From the NCBI RefSeq assembly GCF_963921235.1, contig NC_086108.1:115756001-115820000 (forward strand): a DNA stretch of 64,000 nt, written 5' to 3'. The position numbers and the translations under genes are program-made. The notes below the pieces were generated by a model, which saw only the letters and a program-made list of their open reading frames with translations, had not been told where the DNA came from and made no database searches. The stretch is from Mobula hypostoma. Taxonomy: Eukaryota. The number at the start of each line of letters is the position of its first letter. The stretch's first letter is position 1. This document shows positions 23,577 to 37,600 of this stretch, in pieces.

Positions 23577-24316
23577 CCCTCTCTCACTGGGTACTGGAGA
23601 TCCCTCTCTCACTGGGTACTGGAGACCTCTCTCACTGGGTACTGGAGATCCCTCTCTCACCGGGTACTGGAGATCCCTCTCTCACTGGGTACTGGAGACC
23701 TCTCTCACTGGGTACTGGAGACCTCTCTCACTGGGTACTGGAAACCCTCTCAATCACAGGGTATAGGAGACCCCTCAGTCACAGGGTACTGGAGACCCGT
23801 CTCTCACTGGGTACTGGAGACCTCTCTCACTGGGTACTGGAGATCCCTCTCTCACTGGGTACTGGAGATCCCTCTTTCACTGGGTACTGGAGATCCCTCC
23901 CTCACTGGGTACTGGAGACCTCTCTCACTGGGTACTGGAGACCTCTCTCACTGGGTACTGGAAACCCTCTCAATCACAGGGTATAGGAGACCCCTCAGTC
24001 ACAGGGTATAGGAGACCCCTTTGTCACTGGGTACTGGAGACCCTCTCTCACTGGGTATAGGAGATCCCTCTCTCACTGGGTACTGGAGACCCGTCTCTCA
24101 CTGGGTACTGGAGACCCTCTCTCACTGGGTACTGGAGACCCTCTCTCACTGGGTACTGGAGACCTCTCTCTCTCTCTCGGTACAGAAGATATCTCTCTTA
24201 CTGGGTATAGGAGACCCTCTCTCACTGGGTACTGGAGACCCTCTCTCACTGGGTATAGGAGATTCCTCTCTCTCTCTCGCTACAGAAGATCTCTCTCTCA
24301 CTGGGTACTGGAGACA
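23577..24316. repeat. Minisatellite, 23-25-bp unit (C)CCTCTCTCACTGGGTACTGGAGA(T)
   Basis: About 30 tandem near-identical units. Variant block GAAACCCTCTCAATCACAGGGTATAGG recurs at 23741 and 23961. Confidence 0.95.
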
Positions 24317-24796
24317 TCTCCCTCTGAGGGTAGTGGGTATAGGGGCCCACACTCTTGCACTGAGGGCTACAGCACAAGGGAACCGGAGATCAGCTCTCCC
24401 ACCAAAGGCTGTCGGTACAGTGCTCTGCTGCCCACTGTGGGCAGTAGGTACAGGGAACCCTCTCTCCCACCAAGGGCATTGGGTACATGGAATCCCCAAG
24501 GCCAGAGGGTCAGGGAGTCCCCCCCCCCATCTCCAACTGAGGGCACCAGGTACAGTGCCCCCCCACCCCCCGAGGGCAGCACGTACAGTGTCCCACTCTG
24601 CCATGAAGGACAGCGGGTACCAGGCACCCTGCTTTCACACAGAAGGCAGAAGGAACACTGGCGCCCACCATCTCTCCCTCCACCAAGGATAAGGATAAGG
24701 CAGCAGTTTACGAGGTTCATCACCACCTGCAGGTCCCCGTCACTCACCACCTTGACTGAAAAATACATCGACTATTCTTCACCATCACTGGATCTG

Positions 24797-27140
24797 ATGA
24801 GTTTGAGTACAGAGAGGAAATTAAGAACCTGGTGGCATGGTGCGAAGACGATAACCTATCCCTCAATGTCAGCAAGACAAAGGAATTGGTTGTTGACTTC
24901 AGAAGGAGTAGCGGACCACACAACCCCATTTACATCGGTGGTGCGCAAGTGGAACAGGTCAAAAGCTTTAAGTTCCTCAGGGTCAATATCACAAATGACC
25001 TGACTTGGTCCAACCAAGCAGAGTCCACTGCCAAGAAGGCCCACCAGTGTCTTTACTTCCTGAGAAAGCTACAGAAATTTGTCACTAATTTTTAAAGATG
25101 CCCCGTAGAAAGCATTCTTCTAGGGTGCATCACAACCTGGTATGGAAGTTGTCCTGTCCAAGACCGGAGGAAGTTGCAGAAGATCGTGAACACAGCCCAG
25201 CACATCACACATACCAATCTTCCATCCTTAGACTCACTTTACACCGCATGCTGTCGGAGCAGTGCTGCCAGGATAATCAAGGACACGACCCATCCAGCCA
25301 ACACACTTTTCGTCCCTCTTTCCTCTGGGAGAAGGTTCAGGAGCTTGAAGACTCGTATGGCCAGATTTGGGAACAGCTTCTTTCCAACTGTGACAAGACT
25401 GCTGAACAGATCCTGACCTGGATCTGGGCTGTACCCTCCAAATATCCGGACCTGCCTCTCAGTTTTTTTGCATTGCCTTACTTTCCCTTTTCTATTTTCT
25501 ATTTATGACTAGTTCCTGAGGATTGGAGGGTGGCTAATGTAACCCCACTTTTTAAAAAAGGAGGGAGAGAGAAACCGGGGAATTATAGACCGGTTAGCCT
25601 AACATCGGTGGTGGGGAAAATGCTAGAGTCAGTTATCAAAGATGTGATAACAGTACATTTGGAAAGTGGTGAAATCATCGGATAAAGTCAGCATGGATTT
25701 CTGAAAGGAAAATCATGTCTGACGAATCTCATAGAACTTTTTGAGGATGTAACTAGTAGAGTGGATAGGGGAGAACCAGTGGATGTGGTATATTTGGATT
25801 TTGAAAAGGCTTTTGACAAGGTCCCACACAGGAGATTAGTGTGCAAACTTAAAGCACACGGTATTGGGGGTAAGGTATTGATGTGGATAGAGAATTGGTT
25901 GGCAGACAGGAAGCAAAGAGTAGGAATAAACGGGACTTTTTCAGAATGGCAAACAGTGACTAGTGGGGTACTGCAAGGCTCAGTGCTGGGACCCCAGTTG
26001 TTTACAATATATATTAATGACTTAGACGAGGGAATTAAATGCAGCATCTCCAAGTTTGTGGATGACACGAAGCTGGGCGGCAGTGTTAGCTATGAGGAGG
26101 ATGCTAAGAGGATGCAGAGTGACTTGGATAGGTTAGGTGAGTGGGCAAATTCATGGCAGATGCAATTTAATGTGGATAAATGTGAGGTTATCCACTTTGG
26201 TGGCAAGAACAGGAAAACAGATTATTATAAAACAGATTATTATCTGAATGGTGGCCGATTAGGAAAAGGGGAGGTGCAACGAGACCTGGGTGTCATTATA
26301 CACCAGTCATTGAAAGTGGGCATGCAGGTACAGCAGGCGGTGAAAAAGGTGAATGGTATGCTGGCATTCATAGCAAGAGGATTCGAGTACAGGAGCAGGG
26401 AGGTACTACTGCAGTTGTACAAGGCCTTGGTGAGACCACACCTGGAGTATTGTGTGCAGTTTTGGTCCCCCAATCTGAGGAAAGACATTCTTGCCATAGA
26501 GGGAGTACAAAGAAGGTTCACCAGATTGATTCCTGGGATGGCAGGACTTTCATATGATGAAAGCCTGGCTGAACTAGGCTTATACTCGTTGGAATTTAGA
26601 AGATTGAGGGGGGATCTGATTGAAACATATAAAATCCTAAAGGGATTGGACAGGCTAGATGCAGGAAGATTGTTCCCGATGTTGGGGAAGTCCAGAACGA
26701 GGGGTCACAGTTTGAGGATAAAGGAGAAGCCTTTTAAGACCGAGATTAGGAAAAACTTCTTTACACAGAGAGTGGTGTATCTGTGGAATTCTCTGCCACA
26801 GGAAACAGTTGAAGCCAGTTCATTGGCTATAGTTAAGAGGGAGTTAGATATGGCCCTTGTGGCTAAAGTGATCGGGAGTATGGGGGGAAGGCTGGTACAG
26901 GGTTCTGAGTTGGATGATCAGCCATGATCATACTGAATGGCGATGCAGGCTCGAAGGGCCGAATGGCCTACTCCTGCACCTATTTTCTATGTTTCTATGT
27001 TTCCATGATTTATAATTAAAATTTTTACTATTTACTATTGATTTGTAATCCAGGGAGCGCGAAGCGCAGAATCAAATATCACTGTGATGATTGTACGTTC
27101 TAGTATCAATTGTTTGGTGACAATAAAGTATAAAGTATAA
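24797..27140 (+). mobile_element. Rex1/Babar-like LINE 3' part (second family), interrupted by CR1-A
   Basis: WCEDDNLSLNVSKTKELVVDFR, LSSGRRFRSL..NSFFP. 3' UTR resumes at ~27005; tail AATAAAGTATAAAGTATAAA. Confidence 0.85.
25509..27004 (+). mobile_element. CR1 subfamily A, 5'-truncated RT and 3' end
   Basis: VPEDWRVANV, NYRPVSLTS, 388-aa ORF with YLDFEKAFDKVPH, QGSVLGP, FVDD; (TTTCTATG)n tail; ATGA at both junctions. Confidence 0.93.
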
Positions 27141-27544
27141 AAACCTTGGAGCCCCCTCCCCATTTCCCTTTCCATGGGAATACCATCTGAATAGGTTAAA
27201 GATGACAGGTTAACCTCCCCTTCTCAACGATCTGAACAACTTAACCCCCCTGCCCACTTCAGGTATGCCCCCGTGCACTGGGTTTCAGTGATTTGTGTAC
27301 AAGGGCTCCAGGTCTCTGGGACCAATACCTTTGCCTAGATTCACCATAGGCAGAACAACTCAGTGTCTATTATTTCTCCAGCATCACTTTCTGCCACCCT
27401 GTAACTCCATCTGCTCTGCCCCTGCCTACTCTCTCAGCTTGACTTCATCCACATGAAACTTCTCATCACTGTTCACAAACCCACCTCGCTCTGCGTCATT
27501 GGTAAACCTGTCAACATTGTTCTTCTTCCCTCCACCCAACTGCT

Positions 27545-27656
27545 CAAGTTTACGTTTATTGTCATTCATCCAGTCACATGTATAGAGAAATAGGAAACAG
27601 CGTACCTCTGGGGTCAAGATCCAAAACAGTACATACAGTCACACACAGCACATATA
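27545..27656 (-). mobile_element. Short LINE 3'-tail remnant related to 17598-17720
   Basis: Shares AAGTTT..TTTATTGTCATT..GAAACA.CGT.CCTCTGG..CACACACAGCACATA with the 17.6 kb copy. Confidence 0.5.
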
Positions 27657-28864
27657 CAGTGGCGTGCGGAAGTTTGGGCACCCCAGTCAAAATTTCTGTT
27701 ACTGTGAATAGCTAAGCGAGTAAAAGAGGAACTGATTTCCAAAAGGCATAAAGTTAAAGGTGACACATTTCTTTAATATCTTAGGCAAGAAAACTTTTTT
27801 ATTTCCATTTTTTACAGTTTCAAAATAACGAAAAAGGAAAAGGGCCCGAAGCAAAAGTTTGGGCACCCTGCATGGCAGTACTTAGTAACACCTCCCTTGG
27901 CAAGTATCACAGCTTGTAAACGCTTTCTGTAGCCAGCTAAGAGTCTTTCAATTCTTGTTTGGGGGATTTTCACCCATTCTTCCTTGCAAAAGTCTTCTAG
28001 CTCATTGCAGTCAAAAAGTTCTATTTTAACTTCATCAGTCCACAGGACTTGTTTCCAAAATGCATCAGGCTAGTTTAGATGTTCCTTTGAACCTTTTGAT
28101 TAGAACTTTTTGGCCGCAATCAGCAAAGGTATGTTTGGAGAAAAAAGGGTGCAGAATTTCATGAAAAGAACCCCTCTCCAGCTTAAGCACGGGGGTGGAT
28201 CGATCATGCTTTGGGCTTGTGTTGCAGCCAGTGGCACGGGGAACACTTACTGGTAGAGGGAAGAATGAATTCAATTAAATACCAGCAAATTCTGGAAGCA
28301 AACATCACACTGTCTGTAAAAAAGCCAAAGATGAAAAGAGGATGGCTTCTACAACAGGATAATGATCCTCAACACACCTCAAAGTGCATAATGGACTACC
28401 TCAAGAGGCGCAAGCTGAAGGTTTTGCCATGACCTTCACAGTCCCCCGACCTAAACATCATCGAAAATCTGTGGATAGACCTCAAAAGAGCAGTGCATGC
28501 AAGACGGCCCAAGAATCTCACAGAACTAGAGGCCTTTTGCAAGGAAGAATGGGCGAAAATCCCCCAAACAAGAATTGAAAGACTCTTACCTGGCTACAGA
28601 AAGCGTTTACAAGATGTGATACTTGCCAAAGGGGGTGTTACTAAGTACTGACCATGCAGGGTGCCCAAACTTTTGCTTTGGGGCCTTTTCCTTTTTTGTT
28701 ATTTTGGAACTGTAAAAGATGGAAATAAAAATGTAATCTTGCTTAAAATATTAAAGAAATGTGTCATCTTTAACTTTATGCCTTTTGGAAATCAGGTCAT
28801 CTTTTACTCGCTTAGCTATTCACAGTAACAGAAATTTTGAACAGGGGTGTCCAAACTGCCACTG
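27657..28864. mobile_element. Non-autonomous Tc1-family (IR/DR-type) DNA transposon derivative with fold-back structure
   Basis: TA|CAGTG start and CACTG end; ~215-bp TIR with two AAGTTTGGGCACCC direct repeats; transposase 3' remnants on both strands. Confidence 0.9.
28101..28651 (+). pseudogene. Tc1 transposase C-terminal half (DD34E), frameshifted and with a stop
   Basis: ELFG..VWRKKG, KHGGGSIMLW, QQDNDPQH, *PSQSPDLNIIENLW (34 positions between D and E), GGVTKY*. Confidence 0.9.
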
Positions 28865-29050
28865 ATACATATATGTACATATATATACACACACACTCAC
28901 ACGCACACGCACACACATACACACACACCACTCACACAGACACATACACACACATCCAGACACACACACTCACACACTTGTATACACACGCACACACACC
29001 ACTCACACGCACACACACACACACACACACATCCAGACATACACACTCAC
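28865..29050. repeat. Imperfect (TA)/(CA)n microsatellite
   Basis: ATACATATATGTAC followed by interrupted (CA)n lacking the satellite motifs. Confidence 0.9.
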
Positions 29051-31192
29051 ACTGTGTGTGTGTATATCTGCATGTCTGTGTGTGTGTGTTGATGTGTGTG
29101 TGTATCTGCATGTCTGTGTGTGTGTGTGTATTGATTTGTGTGTATATCTGCCTCTGTGTGTGTGTGTGTGTATATTGATGTGTGTGTGTATATCTGCATC
29201 TGTGTGTGTGTATTGATGTGTGTGTATTGATGTGTGTGTGTATATCTACCTGTGTGTGTGTATTGATGTGTGTATATCTGCCTGTGTGTGTTTGTGTATT
29301 GATGTGTGTGTGTATATCTGCATGTGTGTGTGTGTATATCTGCATGTGTGTGTGTGTATTGATGTGTGTGTGTATATCTGCATTGTGTGTGTGTATTGAT
29401 GTGTGTGTGTGTGTGTGTATATCTGCAGGTGTGTGTGTGTGTGTGTATTGATGTGTGTGTGTGTATATCTGCCTGTGTGTGTGTGAATTGATGTGTGTGT
29501 ATATCTGCATGTGTGTGTGTATTGCTGTGTGTGTATCTGCCTGCGTGTGTGTGTATTGAGTGTGTGTATATCTGCATGTGTGTGTGTGTATATATGCATG
29601 TGTGTGTATTGATGTGTGTGTGTGTGTGTATTGATGTGTGTGTGTATTGATGTGTGTGTGTGTATATCTGCATGTGTGTGTGTATTCATGTGTGTGTGTA
29701 TATCTGCATGTGTGTGTATATCTGCCTGTGTGTGCGTGTGTATTGATGTGTGTGTATATCTGTATGTGTGTGTGTATTGATGTGTGTGTGTATATCTGCA
29801 TGTGTGTGTGTGTATTGATGTGTGTGTGTATACCTGCATGTGTGTGTGTGTATATCTGCATGTGTGAGTGTGTATTGATGTGTGTGAGTATATCTGCATG
29901 TGTGTGTGTATATTGATGTGTGTGTGTCTATCTGCATGTGTGTGTGTATTCATCTGTACGTGTCTATCTGCATGTGTGTGTGTATTCATCTGTACGTGTA
30001 TATCTGCATGTGTGTGTGTATTGATGTGTGTGTATATCTGCATGTGTGTGTGTGTATTGATGTGTATCTGTATATCTGCATGTGTGTGTGTGTATTGATG
30101 TGTGTGTGTGTATCTGCATGTGTGTGTGTATTGTGTGTGTGTATACCTGCATGTGTGTGTGTATATCTGCATGTGTGTGTGTGTGTATTGATGTGTGTGA
30201 GTATATCTGCATGTGTGTGTGTATATTGATGTGTGTGTGTCTATCTGCATGTGTGTGTGTATTCATGTGTGAGTGTATATCTGCATGTGTGTGTGTATTG
30301 ATGTGTGTGTGTATGTCTGCATGTGTGTGTGTGTATTGATGTGTGTGTGTATATCTGCCTGTGTGTGTGTGTGTGTATTGTGTGTGTGTGTATATCTGCC
30401 TGTGTGTGTGTGTGTATTGATGTGTGTCTGTATATCTGCCTGTCTGAGTGTGTGTGTGTATTGATGTGTGTGTGTATATCTGCCTGTTTGTGTGTATATT
30501 GATGTGTGTGTGTCTATCTGCATGTGTGTGTGTATTCATGTGTGTGTATATCTGCATGTGTGTGTGTATTGATGTGTGTATATCTGCATGTGTGTGTGTG
30601 TATATCTGCATGTCTGTGTGTGTGTATTGATGTGTGTGTATTGATGTGTGTGTGTATATCTGCATGTGTGTGTGTATTGATGCGTGTGTGTATATCTGCC
30701 TGTGTGTGAGTGTGTATTGATGTGTGTGTGTGTGTATTGATGTGTGTGTGTATAGCTTCAGGTGTGTGTGTGTATATCTGCATCTGTGTGTGTGTGTATT
30801 GATGTGTGTGTGTATATCTGCATGGGTGTGAGTGTATTGATGTGTGTGTGTATCTGCATGCGTGTGTATGTATTGATATGTGTGTGTGTATCTGCATGTG
30901 TGTGTGTATTGATGTGTGTTTGTATATCTGCATGTGTGTGTGTATTGATGTGTGTGTGTATATCTACATGTGTGTTTGTGTGTGTGTATTGTGTGTGTAT
31001 ATCTCCGTGTGTGTGTCTGTATATCTCCATGTGTGTGTGTGTATATCTGCATGTGTGTGTGTGTATTGATGTGTGTGTATATCTGCATGTGTGTGTGTAT
31101 TGATGTGTATGTGTATATCTGCTTGTGTGTTTGTGTCTGTATTGATGTGTGTGTGTGTATTGATGCGTGTGTGTATATCAGCATGTGTGTGT
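29051..31192 (-). repeat. Composite satellite in inverted (TG) orientation
   Basis: (GT)n-ATATCTGCAT-(GT)n-ATTGAT units. Confidence 0.95.
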
Positions 31193-34100
31193 TATACACA
31201 CACGCATCAATACACACAGACACATCAATACACACACAAACACACATGCAGATATACACATACACATCAATACACACACACACATGCAGATATACACACA
31301 CACATCAATACACACACACAGGCAGATATACACACACATCAGTACACACACTCACAGGCAGATATACACACACACATCAATACACACACGTACATGCAGA
31401 AATACACACACACATGAATACACACACATGCAGATATACACACATCAATACACACACACATGCAGATATAGACACACACATCAATACACACACACGCATG
31501 CAGATATGCACACACATCAATACACACACACATTCAGATATACACACGCACATCAATACACACACACACACACAGGCAGATATACACACACACGAATACA
31601 CACACACAAACACATGCAGATATACGCACACACATCAATACACACACACATACAGATATACACACACACATCAATACACACACATGCAGATATATACACA
31701 CATCAATACACACACACACATGCAGATATACACACACATCCATACACACACACACACACAGGCAGATATACACACACACAAGAATACACACACACACACG
31801 TAGATATACACACACACATCAATACACACACACATGCAGATATACACACACATCAATACACACAGACACACATGCAGGTATACACGCACACATCAACACA
31901 CACACACACATGAATACACACACACATGCAGATATACACAGACACATGAATACACACACACACATGCAGATATACACACACGTGAATACACACACATGCA
32001 GATATACACACACATCAATACACAAACACACACATGCAGACATACACACACACATCAATACACACACACACACAAGCAGATATACACATAAACATCAATA
32101 CACACACACAGATGCAGATATACACACACGCATCAATACACACACATGCAGATATACACACGCATCAATACACGCAAACACACAGGCAGATATACACACA
32201 CACATCAATACACACACACACATGCAGATATACACACACACATGAATACACACACATGCAGATATACACACACACATGAATACACACACAGATGCAGATA
32301 TACACACACATCAATACACACACAAATGCAGATATAGACACACATCAATATACACACACATGCAGATATAAACACACACATCAATACACACACATGTAGA
32401 TATACACACACATCAATACACACACGCACAGGCAGATATACATACACACATCAATACACACACACATGCAGATATACACACACACATCAATACACACACA
32501 CACATGCAGATATACACACACACAGAGGCAGATATACACACACATCAATAAACACACACTGACATGCAGATATACACACACACATGCAGATATATACACA
32601 CAGATCAATACACACACACACACCTGCAGATATGCACACACACATGCAGATTTACACAGACACATCAATACACACACACACACATGCAGATATACACAAA
32701 CATCAATACACACACATGCAGATATACACACACACATCAATACACACACATGCAGATATACACACACATCAATACACACACAAACACAGGCAGATATACA
32801 CACACCCATCTATACAGACACACACACATGCAGATATACACACACACTTGAATACACACACACATGCAGATATACACACACATCAATACACACACACATG
32901 CAGATATAGACACACATCAATACACACACACACACACACATGCAGATACACACACACATGAATACACACACACACATGCCGATATACACACACATCAATA
33001 CACACACACACATGCAGATATACACACACACATGAATACACACACATGCAGATATACACACACACATAAATACACACACACATGTAGAGATACACACACA
33101 TCAATACACACACACACAGGCAGATATACACACAGCTCAATACACACACACACATGCAGATATACACACACACATCAATACACACAGATATGCAGATATA
33201 CACACACACACATGTAGATACACACACACATCACTACACACACACACACATGCAGATATACACACACACATCAATACGCACACACAGACATGCAGTTATA
33301 CACAAACACATGAATACACACACATGCAGATATACACACACACACCTGCCGATATACACACACACATGCAGATTTACACAGACACATCAATACACACACA
33401 CACATGCAGATATACACACACACACATCAATACACACACATGCAGATATACACACACACATCAATACACACACACACAGGCAGATACACACACACATCAG
33501 TACACATACTCACAGGCAGATATACACACATCAATACACACACATACATGCGGATATACACACACGCATGAATACACATACATGCAGATATACACACACA
33601 TCAATACACACACACATGCAGATATACACACACACATTCATACACACACACACATGCAGATATACACGCACACATCAATACACACACACAGACATGCAGA
33701 TATACACACACACATCAATACACACACACACACATGCAGATATACACACACATCAATACACACACACACGCACACAGGCAGATATACACACACATGAATA
33801 CACACACACACACATGCAGATATACACACACATCAATACACCACATGCAGATATACACACACACATGCAGATTTGCACAGACACATCAATACACACACAT
33901 GCAGATATACACACACACACCTGCTGATATACACACACACATGCTGATTTACACAGACACATCAATACACACACATGCAGATATACACACATCAATACAC
34001 ACACACACACATGCAGATATACACACACATCCATACACACACACACACGCACACACACGCACACACACACACACACACAAACACACAGGCAGATATACAC

Positions 34101-34583
34101 ACACATGAATACACACACACACACGTAGATATACACACACACATCAATACACACACATGCAGATATACACACACATCAATACACACACACACAGGCAGAT
34201 ATACACACACACATGAACACACACAGACACAAATGTAGATATACACACACACATCAATACACACACACATGCAGATATACACACACATCAATACACACTC
34301 ACACACACATGCAGATATACACACACATCAATACACACACACACATGCAGATATACACACACACATCAATACACACAGATGCAGATATACACACACATGA
34401 ATACACACACATGCAGATATACACACACATCAATACACAAACACACACATGCAGATATACACACACGCATCAATACACAAACACACACATGCAGATATAC
34501 ACACACGCATCAATACACACACACAGGCAGATAATCACACACACACATCAATACACACACACATGCAGATATACACACACATC

Positions 34584-34629
<46 letters not shown>

Positions 34630-37600
34630 GGCAGATATACACACACATGAATACACACACACACACGAGGATATACACACACACATCAATACACACACAT
34701 GCAGATATACACACATCAATACACGCAAACACACAGGCAGATATACACACACACATCAATACACACACACACACATGCAGATATACACACACACATCAAT
34801 ACACACACACATGCAGATATAGAGACACATCAATACACACACATGCAGATATTAACACACACATCAATACATACATACATCAATACAAACACACATCAAT
34901 ACACACACACATCAATACACACACACATGCAGATATACACACACACACATCAATACACACACACAGACATGCAGATATACACACACACATCAATACACAC
35001 ACGCACATGCAGATATACACACACATCACTAGACGCACACACACACATCAATACACGCACACACATGCAGATATACACACACATCAATACACACACAGAC
35101 ATGCAGATATACACACACACATCAATACACACACACATTGCAGATATACACACACATGCAGATTTACACAGACACATCAATATACACACACACGCATGCA
35201 GATATACATACACACACATGCAGATATACACACCGACATCAATACACACACATGCAGATATACACACACACATCAAAACACTCACACACACATCAATACA
35301 CTCACACACACAGGCAGATATACACACACACATCAATACACACACACACACATGCAGATATACACACACATGAATACACAAACTCATGCAGATATATACA
35401 CACACTGGCAGATATACACACATATGCAGATATACACACAGATGCAGATATACACACAGATCAATACACACACACACATGCACATATACACACACTCATC
35501 AATACACACACACACACCTGCAGTAACACACACACACACACACACATCAATACAGACACACACACACACACACACACAAAGGCAGATACACACACACATC
35601 AATACACACACACACATGCAGATATACACACACATGAATACACACAGACACACATGCAGATATACACACACACATGCAGATATGCACACACAGATGCAGA
35701 CATATACACACACACATGCAGATATTGACACACACATCAATACACACACACCCAAGCAGATATAGACACTTACATCAATACACACACACATGTAGATATA
35801 CACTCACACATCAATACACAAACACACACATGCAGATATACACACACGCATCAATACACACACACACACATCAATACACACACACATGCAGATATACACA
35901 TACACATCAATGCACACACACACATGCAGATATACACACACACATCAATACACACACATGCAGATATACACACACATCAATACACACACACACAGGCAGA
36001 TATACACACACCCATCAATACAGACACACACACATGCAGATATACACACACACATGCAGATATACACACACACATGAATACACACACAGATGCAGATATA
36101 CACACACACATCAATACACACACACATGCAGATATAGACACACATCAATACACACACACATCAATACACACACGTAGATATACACACACATCAATTCACA
36201 CACACACCTGCAGATATGCACACACACATGCAGATTTACACAGACACATCAATACACACACACACACATGCAGATATACACAAACATCAATACACACACA
36301 TGCAGATATACACACACACATCAATACACACACATGCAGATATACACACACATCAATACACACACAAACACAGGCAGATATACACACACCCATCTATACA
36401 GACACACACACATGCAGATATACACACACACTTGAATACACACACAGATGCAGATATACACACACATCAATACACACACACATGCAGATATAGACACACA
36501 TCAATACACACACACACACACACATGCAGATACACACACACATGAATACACACACACACATGCCGATATACACACACATCAATACACACACACACATGCA
36601 GATATACACACACATGCAGATATACACACACACATAAATACACACACACATGTAGAGATACACACACATCAATACACACACACACAGGCAGATATACACA
36701 CAGCTCAATACACACACACACATGCAGATATACACACACACATCAATACACACAGATATGCAGATATACACACACACGTAGATACACACACACATCACTA
36801 CACACACACACACATGCAGATATACACACACACATCAATACGCACACACAGACATGCAGTTATACACAAACACATGAATACACACACATGCAGATATACA
36901 CACACACACCTGCCGATATACACACACACATGCAGATTTACACAGACACATCAATACACACACACACATGCAGATATACACATACACACATCAATACACA
37001 CACATGCAGATATACACACACACATCAATACACACACACACAGGCAGATACACACACACATCAGTACACACACTCACAGGCAGATATACACACATCAATA
37101 CACACACATACATGCGGATATACACACACACATGAATACACATACATGCAGATATACACACACATCAATACACACACACATGCAGATATACACACACACA
37201 TTCATACACACACACACATGCAGATATACACGCACACATCAATACACACACACAGACATGCAGATATACACACACACATCAATACACACACACACACATG
37301 CAGATATACACACACATCAATACACACACACACGCACACAGGCAGATATACACACACATGAATACACACACACACACATGCAGATATACACACACATCAA
37401 TACACCACATGCAGATATACACACACACATGCAGATTTGCACAGACACATCAATACACACACATGCAGATATACACACACACACCTGCTGATATACACAC
37501 ACACATGCTGATTTACACAGACACATCAATACACACACATGCAGATATACACACATCAATACACACACACACACATGCAGATATACACACACATCCATAC

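Noticed and set aside
23538..25003. 157-223 aa ORFs over the minisatellite; CRISPR-like appearance
   Set aside because: Units are head-to-tail with no unique spacers, there are no cas genes and the context is eukaryotic; the ORFs cycle through all frames of the repeat.
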